Below are positions 33,185-48,100 of a stretch of DNA of 64,000 nt, piece by piece (the first letter of the stretch is position 1; each line of letters starts with the position of its first letter). The stretch comes from Macrostomum hystrix (Eukaryota > Animalia > Platyhelminthes): assembly GCA_950097015.1 (NCBI GenBank), contig CATNEN010000033.1, positions 3,410,001-3,474,000 of the forward strand, written 5' to 3'. The translations under genes were made by a program, and so were the position numbers. The notes under the pieces were generated by a model. That model ran no database searches. It was not told the DNA's origin and saw only the letters and a list, made by a program, of their open reading frames with translations.

Positions 33185-36100
33185 TCTCGCTATCCCTTTC
33201 CGCTCAAGTCACGCAGTATCAAAGCTTCCCTCGATTTCCCCTTCTTCAATCCATGCATCGAATACTTTTTCCTCCGTCTTCAATATTTCCTTTCAGCCTG
33301 CTGGCCACGCTTGCTTTGCCAGCAGCGAAAAAAGCAGAAGAAAGAAGGAAGGCAAGGGCGCCCGTTCACCTGGAAAATATAGGCGGGGCGACCGGCCTCA
33401 ATTTGGGTGTGGGCAGCGGCATCCAGTGTGGCTCACAAGGGATATAGCTGGCTAGCAGTCTGCCTATAAAGGGATCGGCGGCGGCGGCAGCAGCAGCAGC
33501 AGCAGCAGCGGAGCTGAATCGAGCCATCAGTCCGGATCCCCGGACAGCCACCGTGCCGGGCGGCGGGGTGGGGTGGGGCTGGGGTGGCTGGGAAGATGAC
33601 GCGCGGGCTTTGAAGGAGAAAGCCTTCGGCTTTAGCTTTCCCACTTCGGCGGCTCGGACCCGCCCTGAGCTCCCGTCATGAGCTCACTACCCGGCCCACC
33701 CCAAAACAGCCTGCCTTTCACCCGCTGCCACATCCCGCAGCTCCCAGAGCCGGGTGACGACAAAATCCCCATTCTAGCCTCTGACGGGTCTGCCTCCTTT
33801 TGGCCTACATCTAACCGCTCTGTATTCTGTCGCTTTTCCTCCGCCTTTAAAAGTCTGCCTGCTACACGCCGGCGGGGGGGGGAGCTGCGATAGTATGGAT
33901 TTGGGCGTCTTCTTCTAGAAGCCAGTTAGCTCTAGTAGCTAAAGGAGCAGGCAGCGCAGAAGAGAAGGCGGAAGGCGAAGATGGGCTGCCGCTATTTGCC
34001 AGCGAAATTGCCTGCACTGGGATTGCAGATTGAGAATGGGGATAGAAACTCAAGAGAGCGGGATAGACCGAAATAGAAAGAGAAGTGGCAAGTTTGGGAT
34101 TTGCAAAACTCTGCTGCCACTGCTGCTGGACACGGAGACGAATAACAAGGGAGTAGGCTGGGGTAGGCCGGCAGGGGATCAGAGAGACAGCTCGGGAAGA
34201 AAGGCTTCCCCTTGGGGCAACTATTGATGACAGAATGAGGCACACTATAGGACAGGTAGATCTAGATAAATGGAGCGAGCTGAATGTCAGGAGTTCGCGA
34301 CCAGCAGGCTCAGCCCAAGGCAGCATAAATCTTTGAGCAAAGCATTAAAATGCATTAGCAGCAGCAGCAGCATCAGCAGAGAAAGCGAGCGAGTGAGTGA
34401 GACTGGGCAGCTTAGAGTTCACGCGGGGAAGCTGGGAATAATAATAGCAATAAAAGACAGCTGCGGCACCCCGGCCGGCATTTTGCTCGCTTGTAAGAGG
34501 CGGTAGAAAAGAAGCAGCCGGGTGAGGGAAGCCCGGCAGATGCGATAAAATAATTAACAAGCAAACAAGACCATGTTTTGCTTCCATTAATCCGGACAGG
34601 CAGAGGGGCCGCTGGGAGGAGGAGGGGGGCTGGTTGTTGAGCCATTGGAATTCAATTCCACTTTTCTTTTTTTGCTGGCCGTCAGATTGAACGGCGGCGG
34701 CGGCTGCGGCGGACCGAGACGGGGCAACCGTTGCGCAAATTGCATTCTCATTAAGAAAATATGCGAGACCCCAGGAGAGGGCCATAGCGGAATGGATATG
34801 AGCACGGATATAGAAATGAATCCCTCGCAGAATAAGAGGATCTCGCAGTGGCGGGGACCGGCATCAACGGGCCCGATATCGATCCGGGGGGGGGGGCAAC
34901 TCGCCCCGGAGCCGCTATTCTCCGAGCCTGATTCATACTCAAGGCTGCTCCAAAGTCTCCGTCGCGTGTCCCCTTCTTTGCCTCGCATCCTTTTCGTAGG
35001 CTCGGAGTCGGAGGAGGCAAATCTCTTTTTAGTAATAAACTCGGCGGTGAGAGCCCAGGGATTATCCACCGCAGAGGGGAGACAAAAAAACTGGTCTCCT
35101 GTTCTGTTCCGTGCATGCTTCTGTTTGACCTCGACATCCGCGACCTCCACTCTTAAGCTCACTCATATATGCTCACTCATAAGGGAAAATGGAAGAGATG
35201 AGACACATGAGAGATGAGACACATGAGAGATGAGATACCAGAGAGATGAGACACATGAGAGATGAGATACCAGAGAGATGAGACACATGACAGATGAGAC
35301 ACATGAGAGATGAGACACATGAGAGATGAGACACATGAGAGATGAGATACCAGAGAGATGAGACACATGAGAGATGAGATACCAGAGAGATGAGACACGG
35401 GAGAGATTAAACACGGGAGAGATGAGACACATGAGAGATGAGATACCAGAGAGATGAGACACATGAGAGATGAGATACCAGAGAGATGAGACACATGAGA
35501 GATGAGATACCAGAGAGATGAGACACATGAGAGATGAGATACCAGAGAGATGAGACACGGGAGAGATTAAACACGGGAGAGATGAGACACATGAGAGATG
35601 AGACACATGAGAGATGAGACGCGGGAGAGATGAGATACATGAGAGATGAGACGCGGGAGAGATGAGATACCAGAGAGATGAGACACATGAGAGATGAGAC
35701 ACCAGAGAGATGAGACACATGAGAGATGAGACACATGAGAGATGAGACACATGAGAGATGAGACACCAGAGAGATGAGACACATGAGAGATGAGATACCA
35801 GAGAGATGAGACACGGGAGAGATGAGACACATGAGAGATGAGACACCAGAGAGATGAGACACATGAGAGATGAGATACCAGAGTGATGAGACACGGGAGA
35901 GATTAAACACGGGAGAGATGAGATAGTAAAGAGGTCTTGAAAGGTAAAAAGGGACTGAGGGTCATCAGAGTGTGTTGACCCTTGCTCTATTTAGAGCTGC
36001 CATAAGGCTACTGCTGCTGTCTTTACTTTTCTGGGTGTCTGTCTGTCGATTTAGGGTATCTATCTGTCTCTGTCTGCCTTAATCTCGTAAATAGGAGTTT

Positions 36101-39100
36101 AAGGAGCAGGAAAGGCCTGATGGAGAGCATAAAAGAAGAACAAACATGAGCTCAGCACACCGCGAGTTGCGCTATGCAAAGATGAAGGAGAAGCCTCAGA
36201 CTTAAGGGCCTATTCAATCCTACCTGAGCACCAGCTTCTCTTTCCACAGGGTGTGCAGGGTGGCTTCGTCATGCATTTGAAGGCCAACTTTCAGTTCGAA
36301 GCCTTACTAATCTTCCCGAAACAATCTGTATGCTCCGCTTGCCAGGCTAAATTAAAATGAGCAGCTAAAACCATTAATGAGCAGGTCACACACCGAATCA
36401 AAGAAACAGTGAAGAGAGTTAGTTACGCTAAACTAACTATCTTGATAAGATATCCGAAAGACTCGGATAACTGCGGAGTTCCTGATTAGACAGTCCCTGA
36501 TAACTGCGGAGTTCCTGATTAGACAGTCCCTGATAACTGCGGAGTTCCTGATTAGACAGTCCCTGATAACTGCGGAGTTCCTGATTAGACAGGAGTTCCT
36601 GATAACTGCGGAGTTCCTGATTAGACAGGAGTTCCTGATTAGACAGTCCCTGATAACTGCGGAGTTCCTGATTAGACAGTCCCTGATAACTGCGGAGTTC
36701 CTGATTAGACAGTCCCTGATAACTGCGGAGTTCCTGATTAAACAGGAGTTCCTGATAACTGCGGAGTTCCTGATTAGACAGTCCCTGATAACTGCGGAGT
36801 TCCTGATTAGACAGGAGTTCCTGATAACTGCGGAGTTCCTGATTAGACAGGAGTTCCTGATTAGACAGTCCCTGATAACTGCGGAGTTCCTGATTAGACA
36901 GTCCCTGATAACTGCGGAGTTCCTGATTAGACAGGAGTTCCTGATAACTGCGGAGTTCCTGATTAGACAGGAGTTCCTGATTAGACAGTCCCTGATAACT
37001 GCGGAGTTCCTGATTAGACAGTCCCTGATAACTGCGGAGTTCCTGATTAGACAGGAGTTCCTGATTAGACAGTCCCTGATAACTGCGGAGTTCCTGATTA
37101 GACAGTCCCTGATAACTGCGGAATTTCTGATTAGACAGTCCCTGATAACTGCGGAATTTCTGATTACACAGTCCCTGATAAATGCGGAGTAGCTCAAGCT
37201 GTCAGTGCCTTAGGCCTCACCACAGCCATCAGAGGCAGTCGCAGGTGCAGGTCGCCAGCGGCAGCAGCGGACAATGCGTAGGCGGAGTAGATATCCTGAT
37301 GGCGTCGCTTCATAACCATAGCCCGGGCCTTTGGCTGCCTATCTCAGATCGGCTTTGTTCTTAAAGCTTAAGCAATCAATCGGGAGAAGCTCCAGAGAAC
37401 TGATTTGACAGCACGGAACTGAGAAATAAAAGCGAGACCACGCTGGGCTAGGTGGAATAAGAGAGAGGGGAGTTCACAGGGGGGAAGACTGGCAGGCAGA
37501 CAATAAGAACAATGCAAAGAATTTTTTCGGCGCGGCGGGGTTGGACGGGAACAGTCGGACTGGCAGTGGGACAGAGGACGGCAGGCAGGCAGCTTTTAAT
37601 TTGGGACTGAGGATTGCAGATTTGAGGTGGCGAAGGGGCGGGGGCAGCGTGCCAATCCAGCCCAGCCGATATTGCCGGGGCCAGTTTTCACCGCACGCAC
37701 ACAAATCACAAGCGAGTAGAGAGAGGGAGAGAGGAGCAGGGGTGGGCAGAAGAAAAGGGAGAAGCGAAGCCAGAAGCAGCGATTTCGGGATAACGGGGGC
37801 CAGGGCAAGAGAAAAGAAAGAACAGCAAGGGGAGCTGGCGGGGATTTCGGGTGCAGGGGAGAGTCGAAAATCATTGGGAATCAGAGCTAATCAAATCAAT
37901 TCACTTGGACCAGGCTAGAGGCGAAGGGTGGAGCGCGTAAATTGTGGCACTCGTTAATGCTTGTTTGTTCTCCTGCAGTGAAGCCATACAGCGCAGGGGG
38001 GTGGGGGTCGAGGTGCAGTGTGGAAGGCAATCTCAGTGCTGCTCAGCAACGCCCCAGAGTCCAATATCTCACCATAAGCGGCACCACCGACCCGAACAGC
38101 GCGAGCTGCTGCGACCGAAACGGAGCCTCCCTTCCCACGCTGCTCCTTCTGCCTACTCAAGCTCTCAATTCGTGAGCACACAGGGCTCACAGCTGAGCGT
38201 ATGCTTTCCTTGTCGAGTGCGGCCACGGCCCATTGGGGAGGGGCTGGCAGAACAAACACTGCCCAGTATTTGTGAGGGGAATTTGGTGGACGCTACGGAA
38301 GTAAGCCGCTCCCAGGGCCCCCAGTGTTTGAACTAATCTGGCGAATACTGTAAATCCACACAGGATCAGACTGTCTGCTTACTAGCCCAGTGCTGCAATC
38401 TAAATATTAAAACTTTCTAAACTCCACAATGCTAAAACCAACCACTAGACAAACAGTAGGGAAACATTACAGAACTCTAAATAGTGAAACAAATTTCACT
38501 GCTCAAACAGGTTAGGCCGATAGAAGGGCTGACAGGTTCTAGCTGACCGTACTGACAGTCAGGCTGACAGATTCCACATGACCATACTGGCAGTCAAGAC
38601 AGACAGATCTCAGCTGACTATACTGACAGTCCGACTGACAGATCTCAACTGACCATACTGACAGTCAGCCTGACAGTTCTCAGCTGACCATACTGACAGT
38701 CAGCCTGACAGATCTCAGCTGACCATACTGACAGATCTCAGCTGACCATACTGACAGTCTGACTGACAGATTTCAGCTGAACATACTGACAGTCTGACTG
38801 AAGAAGTCCTACTGACCATATTGACAGTCTGACTGAAGAAGTCCTACTGACCATACTGACAGTCTGACTGAAGAAGTCCTACTGACCATACTGACAGTCT
38901 GACTGAAGAAGTCCTACTGACCATACTGACAGTCTGACTGAAGAAGTCCTACTGACCATACTGACAGTCTGACTGAAGAAGTCCTACTGACCATACTGAC
39001 AGTCTGACTGAAGAAGTCCTACTGACCATACTGACAGTCTGACTGAAGAAGTCCTACTGACCATACTGACAGTCTGACTGAAGAAGTCCTACTGACCATA

Positions 39101-42100
39101 CTGACAGTCTGACTGAAGAAGTCCTACTGACCATACTGACAGTCTGACTGAAGAAGTCCTACTGACCATACTGAGTCTGACTGAAGAAGTCCTACTGACC
39201 ATACTGACAGTCTGACTGAAGAAGTCCTACTGACCATACTGACAGTCTGACTGAAGAAGTCCTACTGACCATACTGAGTCTGACTTAAGAAGTCCTACTG
39301 ACCATACTGACAGTCTGACTGAAGAAGTCCTACTGACCATACTGAGTCTGACTGAAGAAGTCCTACTGACCATACTGACAGTCTGACTGAAGAAGTCCTA
39401 CTAACCATACTGAGTCTGATTGAAGAAGTCCTACTGACCATACTGACAGTCTGACTGAAGAAGTCCTACTGACCATACTGACAGTCTGACTGAAGAAGTC
39501 CTACTGACCATACTGACAGTCTGACTGAAGAAGTCCTACTGACCATACTGAGTCTGACTGAAGAAGTCCTACTGACCATACTGAGTCTGACTGAAGAAGT
39601 CCTACTGACCATACTGACAGTTTGGCTCCAAACAAAGCACTACCAACTACCCTTTAGACTCGTTCCGGGCCACAGGGCGGAGGCCGAGGATCGCGAGGTC
39701 GGGGTTAGCTGGGCAAACAGACCGAGTCCGTCCAATTAGCCATCCGGACCGTGGGGATTACTGGACTCACGAGGCAACCAGGGGGGAATAGGAAGCCGAT
39801 AAGAGGGGAGACAAACCGAAGAGATTGCGCCAGGAAATTGGATTCGTTTAGTTGGGAGAAGCGAGAGGGAGAGTTGGAGAGGAAGGAAGAGTCTTCTCAC
39901 TTCCCAATTCTCGACCTTCCAGCCACAACCAGCGCCAACAGTTTTCACGCAAGACAATATTGCTGCCGCTGCTGTTGCTCCTCAATAAAGGGAAATGCAA
40001 ATTGGGATTCACAGATTGAGTTAAAAATATAGTTTAGAGCGCGTGCCCACGAAAGTATTTTAAGCGACAGCGGCGGCGGCGGAGAGGAAATAGGAGCAAT
40101 GAAGCAACAAAAATGATTTTGGTCAACTTTAATCTGATGATCAAATATTATTAGTCGAGACTGCTTAGTCTCAACAAAATAACTAATTATCGCATGATAA
40201 ACAGATCCAAGAAAACTTCTTTGAATTAAAAAAGCCTTGGATGAGCACACTAGTACTGACTGTCAGACTAACAAGGCGTTAGCTGATCATGCTGACAGAC
40301 TTTAGCTAGCCATACTGACAGACCTTAGCTGGCCATACTGACAGACCTTAGCTGGCCATACTGACAGACCTTAGCTGGCCATACTGACAGACCTTAGCTG
40401 GCTGTACTGACAGACCTTAGCTGACCATACTGACAGACCTTAGCTGACCATACTGACAGACCTTAGCTGGCCATACTGACAGACTTTAGCTGACCATACT
40501 GCCAAACATTAGCTGGCCATACTGACAGACTTTAGCTGGCCATACTGACAGAACTTAGCTGACCATACTGACAGACTTTAGCTGACCATACTGCCAAACA
40601 CTAGCTGGCCATACTGACAGACATTAGCTGGCCATACTGACAGAACTTAGCTGACCATACTGACAGACTTTAGCTGACCATACTGCCAAACATTAGCTGG
40701 CCATACTGACAGACTTTAGCTGGCCATACTGCCAAACATTAGCTGGCCATACTGACAGACTTTAGCTGGCCATACTGACAGACTTTAGCTGACCATACTG
40801 CCAAACATTAGCTGGCCATACTGACAGAACTTAGCTGACCATACTGACAGACTTTAGCTGACCATACTGCCAAACATTAGCTGGCCATACTGACAGACTT
40901 TAGCTGGCCATACTGACAGACTTTAGCTGACCATACTGCCAAAAATTAGCTGGCCATACTGACAGACTTTAGCTGGCCATACTGCCAAACATTAGCTGGC
41001 CATACTGACAGACTTTAGCTGACCATACTGCCAAACATTAGCTGGCCATACTGACAGAACTTAGCTGACCATACTGACAGACTTTAGCTGACCATACTGC
41101 CAAACATTAGCTGGCAATACTGACAGACTTTAGCTGGCCATACTGACAGAACTTAGCTGACCATACTGACAGACCTTAGCTGGCTGTACTGACAGACTTT
41201 AGCTAGCCATACTGACAGACTTTAGCTGACCATACTGACAGACTTTAGCTGGCCATACTGACAGACTTTAGCTAGCCATACTGACAGACCTTAGCTGGCT
41301 GTACTGACAGACTTTAGCTAGCCATACTGACAGACCTTAGCTGGCTGTACTGACAGACTTTAGCTAGCCATACTGACAGAACTTAGCTGACCATACTGAC
41401 AGACTTTAGCTGACCATACTGACAGACCTTAGCTGGCTGTACTGACAGACTTTAGCTAGCCATACTGACAGAACTTAGCTGACCATACTGACAGACTTTA
41501 GCTGGCCATACTGACAGACTTTAGCTAGCCATACTGACAGACCTTAGCTGGCTGTACTGACAGACTTTAGCTAGCCATACTGACAGAACTTAGCTGACCA
41601 TACTGACAGACCTTAGCTGGCTGTACTGACAGACTTTAGCTAGCCATACTGACAGAACTTAGCTGACCATACTGACAGACTTTAGCTGGCCATACTGACA
41701 GACCTTGGCTGGCCATACTGACAGACCTTAGCTGGCCATACTGCCAAACATTAGCTGGCCATACTGACAGACCTTAGCTGGCCTTACTGCCAAACATTAG
41801 CTGGCCATACTGTCCGACTTTAGCTGGCCATGCTGACAGACTTTATCTGGCAATACTGACAGACGTTAGCTGGCGATACTGACAGACTTTAGCTAGCCCT
41901 ACTGTCCCATTCGCATCGAGCCTTCATAGTAAAAGTGCACTATCGGTTTTTGGTTGCATAACTGAAGTGATGAGGCGACTAGAATGCAAAGTAGCTGCGC
42001 GGAGAATAAAGAATTCAATTCGAAATTAGAGATTGCGTGAGTCACGAGTAAGTCGTGTTGAACTCAGTGACTCTCCTAAAGGAAGAAGATTAAGAAGTAG

Positions 42101-45100
42101 ACCGCATATTGAAATATTGTGAGGGCTATGGTGAACGCACAAAGAATATAGAACCGAGCACACCTGCCTCTCCCCGGGTCCTTCTGTTCTGAAGGAAGGA
42201 GACAGAATAGAACTCGAGTACCAGCAGCTGCTAGGCGAAATGAGAAAGAAGCCCAGACTCTCCCAGATTTGGCAAATATGCTCAAGCAGTTGATGAGCTT
42301 CGTGAGGAGAAGGATATCGCAAACACAGCCAATTTCATCCCCTTATGGCCACTCGCGAGCTTGTTTGTGTGCGCCCTTGCGTGCAGCCAGCACCCCAGCC
42401 CTCCCCACAATCCGATTGTCTTCTGAATTCTGATCTTGGAGATTTCTATGGGAAATGCTTCGAGTTTCCGGAGCGGCATAGCCCGTAGATTGCACGACAA
42501 CAATTCGCCGAATTATGCTTTCAATGCTTTCAAGAAATGATCTTAGTAAACTCATATACCAGCAAACAATGACTTACATAGAAAAGTTGTACCGTCAATA
42601 CCTCTGCACTGGAACTGACACATTCGGATGGTCGTGTCAGTTATTCACTACTCAGTCAGTAGCTTGACGCGGATTCGACCAGTTAGCTGTCACTAAAGAC
42701 ACGAGAGAAGCAACTGAGTGGAAAGACGGGGGAGTCTGTGAGGGAGGAGACACGGGAGAGAGAGAAGAAAGGGGAGAGGAAGAAGACGGTGAAGAGAAAG
42801 ACATTGAAGACAGGGTAGAGAAGGGAAAGACAATGGAGAGAGGGAATGTCGGAAGACTGGGGGAGAAAGAGAAGACAGGAGAAAAAAGGAAGACTGGACA
42901 GAGAGAGGAAAGACAGGCGAGAGAGAGATAGGGGTTAAGACATGGGAGAAAAGACAAGGGAGAGAGAGGGAAGACAGGGGAGAGAAGACAAGGGAGAGAG
43001 AGAGGGAAGGCAGGGGAGAGAGAGTGAAGACAAGGGAGAGAGGGGGAAGACGGGAGAGAAGACAAGGGAGAGAGAGGGAAGGCAGGGGAGAGAGAGTGAA
43101 GACAAGGGAGAGAGGGGGAAGACAGGGGAGAGAAGACAAGGGAGAGAGAGGGAAGACAGGGGAGAGAAGACAAGAGAGAGATAGGGAAGCAGGGGAGAGG
43201 GAGAGGGAAGAAGGAGGGGAGAGAGGGAAGACAAGAGAGAGATAGGGAGCAGGGGAGAGGGAGAGGGAAGAAGGAGGGGAGAGAGGGAAGCAAGGGGGGT
43301 AGAGAGAAGACAAGGGAGAGAGGGGGAGCATGGCAGAGTGTGAGAGGGATAGGAGATTTCAAAAGGGTGAAGAGAGGGAGACAGGATGATTGAGAAAGGA
43401 GGATTGGACTGAGAAGGAGATGAAATAGCCGAATTGAAGGTGAAAAAATATGCGGAGATCAACAGACAGTGCTTAACCCCGCCCATTTAATCGTTACTCG
43501 TACAAGCAGTTAAAACAAAAGGCTTAGTATTAAAACAGCCCTTTGTAAAGCAGAGCAAAGGCTAGCTAGGCCACTCCCGTACCAGTGCGATGTATGTAAA
43601 TAGAAATAGTTACAAAATAACTGCAGTATAATGTTCAGCTGTGGTGCAGCAGCAGCTGCAGCAGCAGCTGACTCATGCGGACAAAACACGGATCTATTTC
43701 TAACGTGTCTGAAACTGGTCTGGTCTGGTCAGCACGATGGCAGGTACATGTAGTTAGTGTTCAAAATCCCACTACTCCATATTATTACAAAGACTATTTG
43801 TGTGTATTATGAATTATGGAGATCTGTGCAGTCCAATTGAATTACTTTGGCCCAACTGGCTACACTGATACCCGACATCAGAAACGCTGGCAGCGACGGC
43901 GAACTAACAGTCTCCCATCCATGCCTGACACACGCGCGCATCTGCACCCACCCTGTGCACCCACCCTCCACTCGCATGCGTGACTTCTGGATGAAGGCTG
44001 CAGGGCAGGACCTGAACAGCCATCATTTTGAAGGCGGATTAGGAGTAAGGCGGGAACCCCTGGGTGCGGTTTAGGTGAGGCATGATCCTGAAGAATGAAG
44101 GGAAGGAAGTCCCGCTTCCTCGAAACGGGAAGTGAAAGGGCCTGCTTCTGCCCCGGAGGCCACTGCCCGCCCGCCCTGCCTCTCTACTGTCGAGAGGCCG
44201 GTGGTAGCCGAACGAACGGGGAAGCACGATAGCGCAATGAAAGGGAGCACGGGACGGATGCAGTGGAAGAGGGGAGATAGATTCCCTCTAAAGACAAAAA
44301 AGGCGCGCCTAGTTGCCGCATCCAATCTGACCATGACAAACGAGCTACTGACGAATGCCGCTGTACTGGCCTAGGGAGGGGGAGAGGCAGAGCTAGCAGA
44401 GAAGCTGCTTGTGACACTGATCCGGCCTGCAAGCGGCACACAATGACAAGAAATGATGATGGATGCGGCAACTAGCTACCCTGCTCTGCTAGGAGACCCA
44501 GAGCTGATTGCCAGGGATATTCAGTTCTCAAAATCCCTAAACCTCTAGCAACGGAAACACTTTTGAAAGAACAAACAGAAGATCGATAATACCACTTCCG
44601 CATTTCTGTTACAGTAACTGAATTGCTCCCAACTGTACTGAGAACAAGCCCAAATCCTGACAAGAGAGTAACAGCAATTCCAAACCTGAATAACTGGGAT
44701 AATGGCAATCCCAAACCTGAATAACTGGGATAATGGCAATCCCAAACCTGAATAACTGGGATAATGGCAATCCCAAACCTGAATAGCTGGGATAATGGCA
44801 ATCCCAAACCTGAATAACTGGGATAATGGCAATCCCAAACCTAAATAACTGGGATAATGGCAATCCCAAACCTGAATAACTGGGATAATGGCAATCCCAA
44901 ACCTAAATAACTGGGATAATGGCAATCCCAAACCTGAAAAACTGGGATAATGGCGACTCCAAACCTGAATAACTGGGATAATGGCAATTCCAAACCTGAA
45001 TAACTGGGATAATGGCAATCCCAAACCTGAATAACTGGGATAATGGCGACTCCAAACCTGAAAAACTGGGATAATGGCGACTCCAAACCTGAATAACTGG

Positions 45101-48100
45101 GATAATGGCAATTCCAAACCTGAATAACTGGGATAATGGCAATCCCAAACCTGAATAACTGGGATAATGGCAATCCCAAACCTGAATAACTGGGATAATG
45201 GCAATCCCAAACCTGAATAACTGGGATAATGGCAATCCCAAACCTAAATAACTGGGATAATGGCAATCCCAAACCTGAAAAACTGGGATAATGGCGACTC
45301 CAAACCTGAATAACTGGGATAATGGCGACTCCAAACCTGAATAACTGGGATACTGGGGATTCCGAACCTGAATAACTGGGATAATGGGATTCCAAACCTG
45401 AATAACTGGGATAATGGCGACTCCAAACCTGAATAACTGGGATAATGGCGACTCCAAACCTGAATAACTGGGATACTGGGGATTCCGAACAAAAATAACT
45501 GGGATTATGGCAATTCCAAACCTGACGATCTATGATAAGGGCGATTGCAAGTCTGAGGAGGTGGGAGAAACTGTATCCTAATCCTGAGGACCCTGAGGCC
45601 CACAATGAATCACGCATCACAAACAGACCTGATCAGATTCCGATAAAAATACAATGATACATGAACGGATAAGAATGCGAGGCTAAGCGAAGCCATCTCT
45701 CTGCGGTCAAGGAAGCGAAACAGGCGGGCTTCAAGATTAGACGAGCCAGTAGGCGCAGAGCTGGAGGCTAATTTGCATAATTAATGCGGGCAAGAAGCCA
45801 AGCCGCCATTTATTTGCCCACCACGCCAGGGCACTAACTACCAGCCCACCCCAAGCCCCCAAACCGGCACCCGGATACACACAGAAGTGGTTAGCAAGTG
45901 GTTAGATAAAAAAAAACTGGCTGGCCACTGCCACCCATTGAAGTTCCCGCCTGCCCGTCTGCCCACCTCTCTGCCCCGCCACGTCTGGTCAGGCATATTA
46001 GCCAAGTCGGTGCGTGTGTGTGTGTGCAAATTTAGCTAATGGAAAGAAAGCAATTATTCTATCGTTGGCATCTCCGATTCTCAGGTCTCCGGGTTGCTGA
46101 GCTGACTCAGGGATTAGGAGACCGCATACTGAAAAAAGCATACTCCGTGTATTACGGCCCAACGCCGTCGTTGTTGCGAACAGATTTCCATTTAGATTTC
46201 TTCCAGAACAGTACAATAAAACTAGCGCGGCGGCGCCTTTGAAATAAAGCTTTCCAGGAAAAGCAGCCAGAGGATTTGAGAAAGACTAAGTAGCTGCTAT
46301 GAGAATGCATGCGAGACCGGATACCCGTAAAAACTACCATTTATTAACTCAATGGTGAATGGCTTAACAAACGAACCACCCTTAAGAACCCGAAGTATAG
46401 GCGGTGACAGGCGGTGACCAGCCCAAAGCGCTGGAATCGCGAACTCACATTCGGTTCAACGTAGCTGCCGTAAAGAATAGCCTTAGCCGGCACAGACGGG
46501 TGGTAATGACTGCGGCCATCCGGTTGCATGTCCTGATGGTGGTTGTGACCAGCTGCTGGATAAACACCAGTATTAGCCGGCTGCTGCTGCTGCTGCTGCT
46601 GCGGAAGAATGAGCATTTCTGCCTGTTGCTGTTGTTGCTGCTGCTGATGCTTGTAGCCGCCGCTTCTTACTCCAGGGACAAACTGTGCGAGTTGAAGTGA
46701 GATTAAAATATAGCTTAGATGTTTATGCAACAGTCACGCATTTGCATAAGCATTGCACATCGATGCCAAACCCAGCATGGCAAAGCGGACTGACTGACGA
46801 TTTTAACAGACAAACTCGTGCAACAGGCATACGAGAGAGCTTCTGGAGAGTGACAGCTGAATCTGAGGATCTGGGAGAATGGCAGCTCAAACTGAGGATC
46901 TGGGAGAGTGGCAGCTCAATCTGAGGATCTGGGAGAGTGGCAGCTAAATCTGAGGATCTGGGAGAGTGGCAGCTCAACCTGAGGATCTGGGAGAGTGGCA
47001 GCTCAATCTGAGGATCTGGGAGAGTGGCAGTTCAATCTGAGGATCTGGGAGAGTGGCAGCTGAATCTGAGGATCTGGGAGAGTGGCAGCTCAACCTGAGG
47101 ATCTGGGAGAGTGGCAGCTCAACCTGAGGATCTGGGAGAGTGGCAGCTCAACCTGAGGATCTGGAACAGTGGCAGCTCAACCTGAGGATCTGGGAGAGTG
47201 GCAGCCCAGTCTGGGGATCTGGGATCTGAGCCTGAGCCGCAGGGCCTGCTGAACTGAAGTTAAGCAGCAGAAACAGAAGAATCCAGGAACTCGAAGACAA
47301 TTCATCGATTTTAATTTTGGGGGCGGAGGGAAAGGGGCGAAGGGCAACTAGACTGTTTGCTTGCCCCACTGCAAAGCCCCGTCAGCTCCTCAGTTTTCAT
47401 TATACTGAGTAAACAAGGGTGAGGAAAGAGGACAGGAACTGCTGAGACGAAGGGCCGCCAGCAACCAAGGCTGCCAAGACTAAGCTGGAGAATTCGCCAA
47501 GAGATAGAGAGCGGTGGAGTGGGGTGGCTGCAGGAGGAAAGCAGGCAGATGCTGAGCAATCACGAGGAAGTGAAGGGTCGGCAATGAAGGCACAATTTGG
47601 ATGAATAAATATATACGCATAACCGCCGCTCCACTTACAGTTGCTAGAGTTCAGTTGGGGACGCATTTTTTATTGCATGGGAGACAGACACAGGGATGCA
47701 AAGTAGACCAGAGGGCGGCAGGTCCGAGTTTGGCCACTCGAGGATTCGCATCCCCAATTCGGGGATTTTGGGAATATGGGCGGGGGGCAGAGAGTCGGCA
47801 TACAATAAATCAACAAAGGCCCGAGAGGGGCAGCTGCAGCCTGATGAGAAAAGTGCAGCCGGGGCGGGCAGCTGCCTTCAACAGTCTCTGGTCCGGCTTG
47901 GCCAGTCGAATGAAATAGGAGCGCAGAGAGAGAGAGGCAGATAGTAGGTAGGGAGCAGGAAGATAGCAATGAGAAATGAGCAGTAGGGGGGCCGGGTGTG
48001 TGGGGAATAAAGTGAGCACTCGGTAACCGCCCCTTCTAGCACCGCTCCGAAAATTCCTACTCAGCCCGAGACCGCCCAGTCTACCATCTCAGAGGAAGCT

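Noticed and set aside
34587-35217. Overlapping 190-aa ORFs on both strands in an RBMS intron
   Set aside because: No recognisable domain, non-ATG starts, GC-rich regulatory-looking DNA
47669-47679. Second SL-like match (tttattgcatg)
   Set aside because: Only 11 nt, antisense within an intron and with no downstream exon; shows that shorter matches occur by chance
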